64,000 nt of DNA from a virus (Duplodnaviria > Caudoviricetes), in IMG/VR virus record IMGVR_UViG_3300047275_000752, positions 8,399-72,398 of that record; one strand, written 5' to 3'. The position numbers were made by a program, and so were the translations under genes. Shown in pieces: positions 22,727-32,439 of the stretch (position 1 is the stretch's first letter; each line of letters begins with the position of its first letter). The notes beneath the pieces were generated by a model, which had not been told where the DNA came from, made no database searches, and saw only the letters and a program-made list of their open reading frames with translations.

Positions 22727-24519
22727 GATGCAAACCTAGAGCCGGGACTGGGGTGCCTTACTACGTTTATATTCTGCATTGTATCGTCATTTTTAAGGCT
22801 TTGGGTGGGATAATCAAGCTGGATCAACGACATTTGGATGTCATTCCTGACGGCAATAAGCCTCTCATTTGGAGGTTCGCCTTCCCAGAAATGCTGCCCA
22901 TTGCGTACTGCACTATGCCACACTTCAAGCTTATTCTCTGATGGCCTCCCTTCGACTGCGACCTTATTTTTCCTAATAAGCCATACAGCATGTGACACAT
23001 GACTCAGGGCGTCAGTTCCCCGTATTTCATCAAGTTGAGGTTCCTTTGGCTCTGATGTCACGTTATTTCTTTCATTTTTCAAACCGACCTGGTTCATTTG
23101 AGCAAGGACAAATAGATCGATGTCTACCTCTTTCGCTACCGTCATCAGCTTATAGGCTCGTTCTTCCAACATCGATGCATTGTCTTTTGGCGCATTCTTA
23201 TGTCGCGATAATGCATGGAAGTGATCTAGAACTACACACCTAAGGTCAGGATTTTTTGCCTTCATTGAGCGGATGGAGTTGGTTACCGTATTTGCGCATG
23301 CTCCCCAGGGCGCTTCTATCAGTAACTTGCCGTTTGATTCCTGAATAGCAAAAGCCAAAGCACCAAGTAGGTTTGTTAGGCCCTCTTTGTCATCATCGTT
23401 TGGACTAAATAGCTCACTAACTGTAACATATCCGAGTCTATCTTCAGATGCTCTCCAATGATAACCGTGCCTGGAGAGTAATTTGCGGCTAAAGGAAGCC
23501 ATCAACCGTGGTTCGATTGAATCGTAATCGAGTTCTGCGGATATGTAGCCTACTGTCAATCCCTTAGAACAGAGGGATGTCGCTATCTGACAACCTATTG
23601 CCGTTTTGCCCACCTTGGTTCTTGCTGCAATTGTCATCAATCGTCCGCCAAATAGTCTATGTGGCTCAGGGAAGGATACGCCTCCTCCTATGTCTAAATC
23701 AAATGCGGCAATACCAGTAGAGGCTGGTCTGCGCTGTGCAATATTGCTAGAAAATCGATCTACCCAGTTTTTCCTTTGTCCGCCAGGGTCTCCAATGATC
23801 ACGTCAACCATTGCTACAGCTTGTCCCTGGTTACCTATGCTGCCTCTCATCATTCCAACGCCTTCCATTGCCTGCTGCTGCAAGTATTCAAGCGCTTCTT
23901 CTAATTTTGTGTCGGCCTTGATATTTTGTTTAGCGTTATGCAGCGTTTCAAGGTACAAGGCCCTTACTCGCACTTGTTTCAACACATCAAGCGCGGTATC
24001 CCATTCAGACTTGGTGTCACCATAGCTCTTTATTAGATCTGGATCTGACAGTTCTGTTATCGTCTGGTTAAAGGAGATGACAGGTACAGTCCTAGAGGAA
24101 TTATTTAGATTAGTGTATCCAGCGATCAGTGATTCCCTTGATATGATTTGACCACTCCTATCTCCGATGAATGTTAGGTCAATTTCTTTTGCAATTGCCT
24201 TTAACCTTGAATCGGACCATAAATTAAGTGGCACCAGTTGCCCATGGCCGATCCCAAATCCTGTACGGAGGTTGCCCCATAGTTCACGGGCCATACCTGG
24301 AGGTGAAGACAGCACGCGGCTAAGGACAATAGCCTCCTGTGACGTTGTGTCTTCTCGATCCTGGACGGATGTGGGCTGCAGTTTGTCGACGATCCTGGCA
24401 ACTTCTGTTGCGCGATGGGCGTATTGACTATTGCATCCAGTGATTTTCCCATCATTTTCGACCAGAAGGCCGAGGTCAACTGCTTTTTGCAGATAAAATG
24501 GCAGTTCAGTCATGATCAC
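22723..24519 (-). CDS. dnaB: Replicative DNA helicase, DnaB-like
   Basis: Walker A IAARTKVGKT, ISAE, VVLDHFH, LAQMN and IRGTD motifs. Confidence 0.8.
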   Translation of the reverse strand: MIMTELPFYLQKAVDLGLLVENDGKITGCNSQYAHRATEVARIVDKLQPTSVQDREDTTSQEAIVLSRVLSSPPGMARELWGNLRTGFGIGHGQLVPLNLWSDSRLKAIAKEIDLTFIGDRSGQIISRESLIAGYTNLNNSSRTVPVISFNQTITELSDPDLIKSYGDTKSEWDTALDVLKQVRVRALYLETLHNAKQNIKADTKLEEALEYLQQQAMEGVGMMRGSIGNQGQAVAMVDVIIGDPGGQRKNWVDRFSSNIAQRRPASTGIAAFDLDIGGGVSFPEPHRLFGGRLMTIAARTKVGKTAIGCQIATSLCSKGLTVGYISAELDYDSIEPRLMASFSRKLLSRHGYHWRASEDRLGYVTVSELFSPNDDDKEGLTNLLGALAFAIQESNGKLLIEAPWGACANTVTNSIRSMKAKNPDLRCVVLDHFHALSRHKNAPKDNASMLEERAYKLMTVAKEVDIDLFVLAQMNQVGLKNERNNVTSEPKEPQLDEIRGTDALSHVSHAVWLIRKNKVAVEGRPSENKLEVWHSAVRNGQHFWEGEPPNERLIAVRNDIQMSLIQLDYPTQSLKNDDTMQNINVVRHPSPGSRFAS

Positions 24520-25529
24520 TTCTCGTCATCATAGCGCCAGAATATTTCCCTGCTGGTCTCAGGCTCAGGAACATCTGTAGGCCAACTTGATATTTGGTAT
24601 TTCATCCTGAACTTTGCCGGATCAAGATTGGCGTCACGCATGCGTTGTTCTGTGTCTACGATTCTGTGATCAAGTACATTGACATTTTTGGGATCATTCC
24701 TTGAGAGCTCATAGTACATGAATTGTAGCTCGTCATATAGATCAATGAGCTCCCTGTACTTGGCTGGAATTACGACTTGATCCTTACGCTCATCTTCTTC
24801 TAATGGTGTTGCTCTGTCATAATTCAGTCCATCATTGAATAGCGTATATACGTTCTGGTATTTCTTGGTATGTGGTGATCCGATACCAATAATGCTTTGC
24901 AGGTTCTTAGAGGAATTTTCTTTCGCCCAGAATGGGTTGTGTTCTATGCCATTCTTAAGGACCGAGAAGAAATATTCGTATGAATGACGCTCAAGTTTTA
25001 GCGCCGAGATATGGCAATCAATAGCCTTAAGTAGTTCGCAACTCATTCTATTAACTTTGGAGTAATTCGCGGGCCTGTAGGCATTCCAAGCTGTTCTGGC
25101 GACTTCCAGATAATCAGGGCGCTCTTCTTTCTGTTTGATCGGCTCAACTTTTGCTTCAGGTTCAATGCCAAGCAGTTGTCTTTGCGCTTCAGCCCTTGCC
25201 GCATTCGTGTGTTGTATAAGCTTCCTAAGAACAGGTGTAGGGTTAATCAATATCAGATGATCTTCAGTTCCCTTTATTAAGCCAAATTCTCGCAGCTCCT
25301 TCATGCATCTTATACGCGTGGATCTATGTATACCTATCATCTTGTCGAGGACTGATTTATCGATCGGTCCAAACTTCGACTGATTAGCCAAAACGATCCA
25401 CAGAAGTTTGCTGTTTGGATGCAGGTCTTCGCACAGCAGCAACTCCAGCGGTGCTTTGGCATAGGCATCCGGCTCCCATTGTGAGTCCTTGGAAACCGAG
25501 ATTTTCATGGGCGAGGTAGCGCTGAGCAC
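24516..25529 (-). CDS. Putative replication initiator (N-terminal winged HTH)
   Basis: LLWIVL...LDKMIGIHRSTRIRCMKELREFGLI; coupled to helicase; adjacent to iteron array. Confidence 0.6.
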   Translation of the reverse strand: MLSATSPMKISVSKDSQWEPDAYAKAPLELLLCEDLHPNSKLLWIVLANQSKFGPIDKSVLDKMIGIHRSTRIRCMKELREFGLIKGTEDHLILINPTPVLRKLIQHTNAARAEAQRQLLGIEPEAKVEPIKQKEERPDYLEVARTAWNAYRPANYSKVNRMSCELLKAIDCHISALKLERHSYEYFFSVLKNGIEHNPFWAKENSSKNLQSIIGIGSPHTKKYQNVYTLFNDGLNYDRATPLEEDERKDQVVIPAKYRELIDLYDELQFMYYELSRNDPKNVNVLDHRIVDTEQRMRDANLDPAKFRMKYQISSWPTDVPEPETSREIFWRYDDEK

Positions 25530-25625
25530 AAGTTAACGACCGAGCAAGGGAAAGCAACGGAAGAAAATCGGTGATCTTCTGATGCCTGTCCAGGTTAAGT
25601 AATGTTACAACCCTGAAAAGGCCGC

Positions 25626-25820
25626 GTTGCATCTTGCGACAAAACGCGTTGGATTTTGCAACGTTCATGTTGCATAACGCGACATTTAGCGTTGTATTAT
25701 GCAACTTTGTTGGATTATGCAACAAAATCGCGTTGCATTGTGCAACAGCCCGCGTTGCATCTTGCAACGCAAACGTTGCGTCCCGCAACATTCGGCCCAA
25801 ATCACGTTGCGTTGTGCAAC
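25626..25820. repeat. Nine phased copies of palindrome GTTGC-N5-GCAAC; putative origin iterons
   Basis: Copies start at 25626, 25648, 25669, 25691, 25709, 25732, 25754, 25775, 25806; A-rich tract 25821-25870 follows. Confidence 0.8.
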
Positions 25821-25902
25821 ACTTAAAAAGAACCTCCTTGAAAAAGAACAAATAATAAAAAAAAGAATAGGCAAACCAAAATTTGGTTGGTATGATGACG
25901 GC

Positions 25903-26358
25903 ATGGCAGACGCAGACAAGCGCAAACTCAAGGACCTGACCCCTGCCGAACGGGAGACCTTCGAGCAGGGGTGGAACGAAATCGGCAAATCCATTGGAGA
26001 GCTGGTGGCGTCCCGCGCCAAAACCACGGCATGGGCTTGGTCTCTGATCGCGCCACTAGGCATGTATGAACGCTGGATGCTCTATGGATGGATAGATAGA
26101 TCAAAAAAATTGCTATCCAATAGGAGAAGGCCAACTAGTGGTAGGCCACAATTGACCAATAAATGCTTTGAACGTAGTAAGTTCAGTAATTCCAGTGAAC
26201 TGATTCAAGTCTTGAAGCTGGTAAAAGGTGGCCTGTCTCCACAGGAGGCCATGGAGGTCTTCAATCAGCAGAAGAACCTGTATACTGTCAAAGACGACTC
26301 AAGGAACAATGCCCCTCGTACCCAATCTCGCAGGAGTAGCAAGCCAGGAACTGGTTGA
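25903..26358 (+). CDS. Hypothetical protein, 151 aa
   Basis: Start moved to ATG 25903, behind TGGTATGAT extended -10; the upstream extension runs through the iteron repeats. Confidence 0.5.
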   Translation: MADADKRKLKDLTPAERETFEQGWNEIGKSIGELVASRAKTTAWAWSLIAPLGMYERWMLYGWIDRSKKLLSNRRRPTSGRPQLTNKCFERSKFSNSSELIQVLKLVKGGLSPQEAMEVFNQQKNLYTVKDDSRNNAPRTQSRRSSKPGTG

Positions 26359-27028
26359 GACTATTGGTACTGGCTCTTACCGAGCTAGCTATATCAACTG
26401 GGCCAGGACGTTCAACCTGCTGCATCAACACGCCCCGGATTGGATGCTGGAAACTATTCCAGCACCCGATGGCAGTAATGTATGGCGTGCACCTGGCAAT
26501 GGCGGCTACCTGATGCTTAGATTTGTGCATTCAGAGGGCCATGTAACACCTGCCGTACCTCAGGCAGTCATGGATAACAGGAATAATCCTATCCCTTATG
26601 AGCGTATCAGCGCGAGGGACATTACCGATACGCATCGGCGTGGTGGTTGCATGGCGGCTGCTATGATCTTTGGCCTTGCTCATGAACTGTGGGCTAAAAT
26701 GCCCCTGGAGAGCGGCTATCCAGAAGCCGATACAGAGACCCAGGTGGCCCCTGGAGGGGCCTTCCAGGCGCCCACAGAGGCCACTATGCAAGATTTCCTT
26801 GAGGCATGCCTTGAGAAAGGTCTAACACCTGTTGCGGCAGATACATTGCTTGACTTGATCGGAACGAATTACGCTGGTGGCATAAAAAGCCTTGCAAATA
26901 AAACCTCAGATTGGGTGACTGAGCAGAACGAGAAAGCGGCTGAGGAGAGCAAGAAATCTGAACTTGGGGCTGCGCCAGCAAAACAATCTGTAAAAAAGAC
27001 AAGCAAGCCCAATCCAGAGGATTATTGA
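26309..27028 (+). CDS. Single-strand annealing protein, Sak3/DUF1071-like
   Basis: YINWA motif, AVMDNRNNPI and RRGGCMAAAMIFGLAHELW; recombination module context. Confidence 0.65.
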   Translation: MPLVPNLAGVASQELVETIGTGSYRASYINWARTFNLLHQHAPDWMLETIPAPDGSNVWRAPGNGGYLMLRFVHSEGHVTPAVPQAVMDNRNNPIPYERISARDITDTHRRGGCMAAAMIFGLAHELWAKMPLESGYPEADTETQVAPGGAFQAPTEATMQDFLEACLEKGLTPVAADTLLDLIGTNYAGGIKSLANKTSDWVTEQNEKAAEESKKSELGAAPAKQSVKKTSKPNPEDY

Positions 27029-27198
27029 GCCAGCAATACCCCAGACTGCTTGAACAGGATTTCGCTCCAGTCACTTTCTCCATAGATTGGGCTGCAGGTC
27101 AGCTTGCTCAGGCCTTTGATGGGGTAATCATAAAAGATTATGAAGGGCCTTGAGGGGCCCTTTTTCTTTGCTAATCTAATCTGGAAGCGACCCCACTC

Positions 27199-28014
27199 AT
27201 GTTTAAGTCTTCGACTCAAGACGAGCTAACAGCATGGATGAATGCTGCTGGCAATCATAAAATCTTGGCTCCAGATGAAATTGATATTATCGCTAGGCAA
27301 ATAAAAACAGCGGAACCTGGGTCAGCCGAGCATGTGCGATTGGTTAATTATCTGACGATGCACAACTTGAGGCTTGTTATCAAGTTTGTCAAGAATTTCA
27401 TGTCAGGTAAAACCAAGAAAAAGTATGGTTGCACTGAAACGGTGGACTACTTACAGGTAGGCACTCTTGGCCTTAGAAGAGCTGCTGAATGTTATGACCC
27501 GACTCGTGGGTATAAGTTTTCCACCTATGCCTACCCATGGATTAGGTCATTTGTGAGCAGATACAACATGAAGGTGTCAAGTATTTTCCATATACCGGAA
27601 AACGCACTGAGGGATGCATGGTATTACGAAGCTCATGGCCATATCAAAACTAAAACCAAGTCTGGGTTTAGGGATGAAGCTTACTGTATTGAACTTAGGG
27701 ACAAGGTGCGAGCTGCTCAATCGCCAGTATCTCTGGATCTTAAGGTTGGCGACGACGAGTCTATCCCCCTTGGCCTGACGATTGAGAGCACTTACCCAGA
27801 GCGCACCAGGGAGGGTGAATTTCCATTGGAAATTGAAGACATGATCGATGCGGCTGGACTGACAAAAATGCAAAAAGAAATCATAAAGGCCTTTTACCTG
27901 CAAGACATTGACATGGAGCAACTGGCTAAAGCCTATTCAGTTACTAGAGATAAGATTAAATCTGTGAAAGAGTCCGCGATCCAACGCCTCAGAATGGCCA
28001 ATGGATTGGTATAA
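27199..28014 (+). CDS. RNA polymerase sigma-70 factor, RpoD/group 2-like
   Basis: HNLRLVIKFVK, DYLQVGTLGL, YDPTRGYKFSTYAYPWIR, PVSLD. Confidence 0.85.
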   Translation: MFKSSTQDELTAWMNAAGNHKILAPDEIDIIARQIKTAEPGSAEHVRLVNYLTMHNLRLVIKFVKNFMSGKTKKKYGCTETVDYLQVGTLGLRRAAECYDPTRGYKFSTYAYPWIRSFVSRYNMKVSSIFHIPENALRDAWYYEAHGHIKTKTKSGFRDEAYCIELRDKVRAAQSPVSLDLKVGDDESIPLGLTIESTYPERTREGEFPLEIEDMIDAAGLTKMQKEIIKAFYLQDIDMEQLAKAYSVTRDKIKSVKESAIQRLRMANGLV

Positions 28015-28040
28015 TGAAATGTCAACCCATTTCGGGAATA

Positions 28041-28430
28041 ATGGCTACCATTAGTATTGCGGGTACTGTAACGGGTAAACCTGACCAAACTCCGGTCACC
28101 CTGAAAACGTTTCCCTCCAAAAATGGAGGTTCTCCTGACGTTATCGCGACCTTTAGCGTTGCTGACCGGGCTTATTTCTACGTGAAAGCCGGAGAGGAGC
28201 GTCAAGGGCAGTTCTATAACTGTGAGGTTCGAGGCAAAACCGCTGAGATTTGTGCTGAACGCATCAAGCGTGGCGACAAGATCGCAGTTAGCGGTCAATT
28301 GGTTCAGCGAACCTATCAGGAAAGGCTTTTCCTTGATATCAAGAACGCCTCCATCACTTTTCTGGACGATGGCGGTAACGCTAGTAACCCTGCCCAGAAG
28401 AACTATTCCAAGGCGGAAATGCCCTTCTGA
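28041..28430 (+). CDS. ssb: Single-stranded DNA-binding protein
   Basis: OB-fold SSB pattern (KRGDKIAVSGQL); C-terminal EMPF; TGGTATAAT at 28007-28015 upstream. Confidence 0.8.
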   Translation: MATISIAGTVTGKPDQTPVTLKTFPSKNGGSPDVIATFSVADRAYFYVKAGEERQGQFYNCEVRGKTAEICAERIKRGDKIAVSGQLVQRTYQERLFLDIKNASITFLDDGGNASNPAQKNYSKAEMPF

Positions 28431-28455
28431 GTCACTGGTCAACTGACTTGTCACG

Positions 28456-28477
28456 GCGGCCTTCTGGCCGCTTTTTT
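28456..28477 (+). terminator. Intrinsic terminator-like hairpin
   Basis: GCGGCC-TTCT-GGCCGC + T6. Confidence 0.7.
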
Positions 28478-28480
28478 ATC

Positions 28481-28933
28481 ATGAATATCAGTCAACAAGA
28501 ATGCAGTGAGCTGTCAGGTGCCGTTGGAGCACTAATTGATGATTTACCTGTTCTTACAACAGCACAAGTCAGGCCTTATGTCATAGCAATTTTGCTACAT
28601 CGCGGTGCTGTGCGGCCAAGCGAGATAGCAGCTAGCTTAACTCCACATTGCAGACAATCAGATTTAAAAACTGGAGAATGGGATCCACTTGATGGCGAAT
28701 GGTGCAATAGCACCAGACTGGAAAAATTGATAGATGAAGTTCTTGGTGAACTCGTATCAGAACAGATCGTACGGTATAATGAAGAACAGGACCTTTGGGT
28801 ACTGACGGCAAATCAAGTGTCAACCATTATATCGTGGGTTGCTTCACTGGGTGCCAAGATGCCACAGCATGTATTGCTTGAGCTAAGTCGAGATCAAATT
28901 CAAAGGATTCCCGAATACATTAATCTTGATTGA
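28481..28933 (+). CDS. Hypothetical protein (possible wHTH), 150 aa
   Basis: ORF; LLHRGAVRPSEIAASL. Confidence 0.5.
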   Translation: MNISQQECSELSGAVGALIDDLPVLTTAQVRPYVIAILLHRGAVRPSEIAASLTPHCRQSDLKTGEWDPLDGEWCNSTRLEKLIDEVLGELVSEQIVRYNEEQDLWVLTANQVSTIISWVASLGAKMPQHVLLELSRDQIQRIPEYINLD

Positions 28934-28936
28934 GCC

Positions 28937-29179
28937 ATGGTAAAAGCAAAAAGCAGGGAATTAGCTAATGACCAGCGGCTATCCAGACCGCCTTTCCCTA
29001 TCCCGCGATTCATGAAGGGTACTAAAGTGCAGGTCTACATGGGGGCAGGCTGGAGCACTGGTTCGGTTGTAGATAGCCATCAGGACAAGTGCGCTGTTCG
29101 ACTCGCAATTGGAAACCGCTTGATTACCGTGTTTGATGCTAGGTCTATTCGTAAAGCAGCTCAGGACAACGAAGGTTGA
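28937..29179 (+). CDS. Small SH3/Tudor-like beta-barrel protein
   Basis: GTKVQVY...WSTGSVV...CAVRL pattern. Confidence 0.4.
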   Translation: MVKAKSRELANDQRLSRPPFPIPRFMKGTKVQVYMGAGWSTGSVVDSHQDKCAVRLAIGNRLITVFDARSIRKAAQDNEG

Positions 29180-29183
29180 ATCA

Positions 29184-29597
29184 ATGAACGATCTATCCCG
29201 TACGCAACAGCAGATATCCGACATCTGTGATTCTGTTAAAAAATTGCTAATCAGCAAGAACAAGAAATATGGTGACTCTGCACTGGCGCCGGTTAGGGTT
29301 TTCAGCAAAGCTAGTGCCGTGGAACAGATTTTTGTAAGGATAGACGATAAACTATCCAGGATATCGAAAGGGGTTGGTCTGCTTGGTAACGACGAGGATG
29401 TTATCGATGATCTGATTGGTTATCTTATTCTGCTTAAAATTGCTATGCAACGCGGCGATGAGGAGCAGTGGGATGGCTGTAATATTGGCGATTCTGCTAT
29501 TCCATGCCTTTTTAGGGAAGCTAAGCAAGAACCGGGCAAACCCTTAAATGATTCCGAGTGGCTTGAGTTGCACACTTCAGGGGACCGATTCACCTGA
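29184..29597 (+). CDS. Nucleotide modification associated domain 1 (DUF1599-like) protein
   Basis: KNKKYGDS...VRIDDKLSRI...EDVIDDLIGYL. Confidence 0.7.
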   Translation: MNDLSRTQQQISDICDSVKKLLISKNKKYGDSALAPVRVFSKASAVEQIFVRIDDKLSRISKGVGLLGNDEDVIDDLIGYLILLKIAMQRGDEEQWDGCNIGDSAIPCLFREAKQEPGKPLNDSEWLELHTSGDRFT

Positions 29598-29946
29598 TCA
29601 TGTGCTTGTAATTAAGCAGTCCTTATTCTCCAAAGCTCGGCCAAGACTGACCAGAAGTGGCCACGCATACATGCCAGCCTCATATAAAGCAGCTCAGCTT
29701 GAGATGAGGCGGCAATTGAAAATGCAATGGACTGAAGGCCCCCTTGAAGGGCCTATTTCTTTGGCTATAAAGGTAAAAGGCGAAGGCAGGGGTGATGCGG
29801 ATAACATTGCTGGTGCATTCATGGACAGTGCTCAAGGCATAGTCCTTCTAGATGATCGCGTCAGTGTAGTTCCTGTCCTTTCTATAGAATGGCAAAAGGC
29901 CAGCAAGGCTGAATCCGAATGGATCATAGAAATAAGGCAGTTATAA
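29548..29946 (+). CDS. rusA: RusA-like Holliday junction resolvase
   Basis: KARPR...Y...D.DNI...MDS...DDR acidic triad. Confidence 0.75.
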   Translation: MIPSGLSCTLQGTDSPDHVLVIKQSLFSKARPRLTRSGHAYMPASYKAAQLEMRRQLKMQWTEGPLEGPISLAIKVKGEGRGDADNIAGAFMDSAQGIVLLDDRVSVVPVLSIEWQKASKAESEWIIEIRQL

Positions 29947-29968
29947 TGAAGTACGCGCTAGTTAAAAG

Positions 29969-30808
29969 ATGGTATCAATCGCCTATTGTCAGCCTGATGC
30001 GGACTATCGACGTGAACTTGGTGAAAACCAAAGCCATCTTAAGCATATCTTAATTAGTCCAGCCCATTACAAGGCATCAAAGGCAAAGAGGTTTCCTGTT
30101 ACAGTTAACATGGAAATAGGTTCGGCTGTTCACTGTTTGACGCTGGAAGGCAAGAAGGAATTTGACTCACGCTTTTTGCTCAAGCCAGATGGCATCAACT
30201 TCACGACAAAAGAAGGGAAGGAATTCAAAGCTGAAAATAAGCATAAGACAATCCTGGCAAAACAGGATTACGAAAACGTGGTTGGCATGGCTGATTCACT
30301 TGGTCAACTAGACTGGTTCGACCAATCACAGACTGATTACAGAAAATTCAATGAACTATCAATCTACTGGGATGTAGACACAATCCCATGCAAGGGCCGC
30401 CTTGATCGATTAGTTGATATGGGTGACTATGTTAATGTGCTTGACCTAAAAAGTACCGACTCGGTTGATCCTGATACCTTTGGCAAGAAGGTTACAGGCG
30501 GAATGAATTATTTGTTCCAAGCAGCTTGGTATGCCGAGGCGGCGTCAATGGCTTTTAACAAGCCGGCAAAATTTACTTTCATAGGTATTGAGAGGACTCC
30601 TCCATGGACCGTGGCTATATTTGAGATCTCTGAAGAAATGATGCTGGAAGGCCAACAGCAAATCGGACAGGCTAGGCGTATTCTTAAGGATTGCATAAGG
30701 TCGAAAACCTGGCCAAGGCCGCAGGTCACTTATAATGTATTGGAGCTACCCCGCTGGTATCGATCACCACTCGGCTCTGAAGTTTACACAGAAAAGGATT
30801 TATTTTAA
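29969..30808 (+). CDS. PD-(D/E)XK exonuclease, RecE/ExoVIII (DUF3799)-like
   Basis: SHLK, GSAVH, CKGRLDRL, DLKST, YLFQAAWY. Confidence 0.8.
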   Translation: MVSIAYCQPDADYRRELGENQSHLKHILISPAHYKASKAKRFPVTVNMEIGSAVHCLTLEGKKEFDSRFLLKPDGINFTTKEGKEFKAENKHKTILAKQDYENVVGMADSLGQLDWFDQSQTDYRKFNELSIYWDVDTIPCKGRLDRLVDMGDYVNVLDLKSTDSVDPDTFGKKVTGGMNYLFQAAWYAEAASMAFNKPAKFTFIGIERTPPWTVAIFEISEEMMLEGQQQIGQARRILKDCIRSKTWPRPQVTYNVLELPRWYRSPLGSEVYTEKDLF

Positions 30809-31017
30809 TGACTCAAAACAACAGTAATGTGTCCAGTGCTAGTATGGGATTTAGTGGATGGCTTACCATCTTATTCATAGGCCTGAAACTGACGGGTTAC
30901 ATTAGTTGGCCGTGGATCTGGGTGTTGTCGCCATTATTGATTTCGCTTTCGTTGCTGCTGACCATACTCCTTGTCTGCCTGTTAATCATCGGACTCATTA
31001 AACTGACCGAGAAATGA
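30808..31017 (+). CDS. Small membrane protein, 69 aa
   Basis: LTILFIGLKLTGYISWPWIWVLSPL, a common phage TM family. Confidence 0.6.
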   Translation: MTQNNSNVSSASMGFSGWLTILFIGLKLTGYISWPWIWVLSPLLISLSLLLTILLVCLLIIGLIKLTEK

Positions 31018-31766
31018 AACCAATTAAAGCAAAAGATTTACTACAGCTTGACACTAGACTTCAAGTTGTAAAGCTTCAGTCTTACCCGATTCCCGAGCAA
31101 GTTGTCTGGCAGGCAGCAAGGGGTGACTATTCCGAAATCCCCATCCATGAAGTCAAAGTTCCACCTCATCAAGAGTGTGGTCAATGGATTGTTGATCAAC
31201 TTCTTGCCAATGAAAGAGGTCATTGGGGCCCGCTAGAGCACCCAGGGATCACTTTCTCGGTAGCCGGCTTCGTCCATAATGTAATGGTTCAATCAAGAAC
31301 TCATCGCATTGGGACCTCTTGGGATGTTCAGTCCCAGCGTTATACCGGCAAACGTGTTGTTAAGGTCGCTAAGGGCGAACTTGCTGTCGAGGATGTGTTC
31401 TATGTTCGCCCAGAAGGACTCTACACTAATCGTAAAGGGAAAAAGTATGAATGGACTCAGCACCACAGGATCAGAAAACTTGGACGCATTCTGGACGAGT
31501 GTCAGGAATATACTGAATACTATGAGTTAGGAATGGCCGAAGAACACATTCGGGATTATCTTCCTCAGGCTATTCGCCAAAACTTCGTAGTATCCTTTAA
31601 TCTGCGTTCGGTCCTTCATTTTTTGGACCTTCGTTCAAAACTTGATGCTCAAATTGAAATTCAAGCGCTTTGTGATGCTTTTATTCCTGAGCTTCAAAGA
31701 TGGACGCCCAATGTCTGGAAATACTACGAAGAAAAGCGCCTTCATCGCGCTCGCTTGTCACCTTGA
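31014..31766 (+). CDS. thyX: Flavin-dependent thymidylate synthase ThyX
   Basis: HWGPLEH, RTHRIGTSWDVQSQRY, NLRSVLHFLDLR, Q.EI. Confidence 0.9.
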   Translation: MKPIKAKDLLQLDTRLQVVKLQSYPIPEQVVWQAARGDYSEIPIHEVKVPPHQECGQWIVDQLLANERGHWGPLEHPGITFSVAGFVHNVMVQSRTHRIGTSWDVQSQRYTGKRVVKVAKGELAVEDVFYVRPEGLYTNRKGKKYEWTQHHRIRKLGRILDECQEYTEYYELGMAEEHIRDYLPQAIRQNFVVSFNLRSVLHFLDLRSKLDAQIEIQALCDAFIPELQRWTPNVWKYYEEKRLHRARLSP

Positions 31767-31809
31767 TTCGATTCATGATATATTGGTATAATAGTTAGCA
31801 CTTGGCGAG

Positions 31810-32439
31810 ATGCCTGCTGTGTCGGAATGGCGAGAAGCTAAACCTCCCAAACGTGAGGCTGGTCCTATTTACAACTTTAGGCGCGGCTATGATCTAGAAG
31901 CGGCTAAAATGCACGAAAATGCTGAGCAGTATGCTTGTTTCCAGAAATACTTGATGATTCAAGGTGCTAGAAGCTTGAACGAACTGGAAAGATTAACAGA
32001 TCATAGCTCGAATACGCTTTCAAATTGGAGCAAGACTTTTGAATGGGAGAAGCGTGCTGTCGAGTACGACAAGAAACAAATGGCTATTGTATGGCGGCAG
32101 GCGGAAAAATTGCACAGAAATAAGCACAAAGAAGCCATTGTTCAGTTTAGGGAATCTTCTGAACGACAGGCAAAAATGATGTCAAAGGTCTCGGAAGACC
32201 TGATACGTCTTCTGGGTGATCGGATACTAAGGGCGGAGGAACAAAACGAAGAAGTTCCAATGAATCTAGTGTCTGGGCTGCTTCGTGCGGCAGCTTCTAT
32301 CACGGAACAATCTCGCCAGTCTTGGGCCAATGCTTTAGGCATCAATCAGATGATGGAAATGGTCGAAGCTGAAATGCAAAATCTTACAGTCGAAGACGTT
32401 ACTGACGTTGATGCCTATGAGATCCCGATCGATGAATGA
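31810..32439 (+). CDS. terS: Terminase small subunit (putative)
   Basis: HTH-like N-terminus (WSKTFEWEKRA), helical body, just upstream of terL. Confidence 0.6.
   Translation: MPAVSEWREAKPPKREAGPIYNFRRGYDLEAAKMHENAEQYACFQKYLMIQGARSLNELERLTDHSSNTLSNWSKTFEWEKRAVEYDKKQMAIVWRQAEKLHRNKHKEAIVQFRESSERQAKMMSKVSEDLIRLLGDRILRAEEQNEEVPMNLVSGLLRAAASITEQSRQSWANALGINQMMEMVEAEMQNLTVEDVTDVDAYEIPIDE

Noticed and set aside
25626-25820. CRISPR array
   Set aside because: Units are 15 bp with only 3-16 bp between them, too short for spacers, and no cas genes are present.
25384-26063. ORFs 25384-25851, 25634-25855 and 25686-26063, and the N-terminal extension of 25699-26358
   Set aside because: They are translations of the GTTGC/GCAAC repeat array; the plausible gene starts at 25903.
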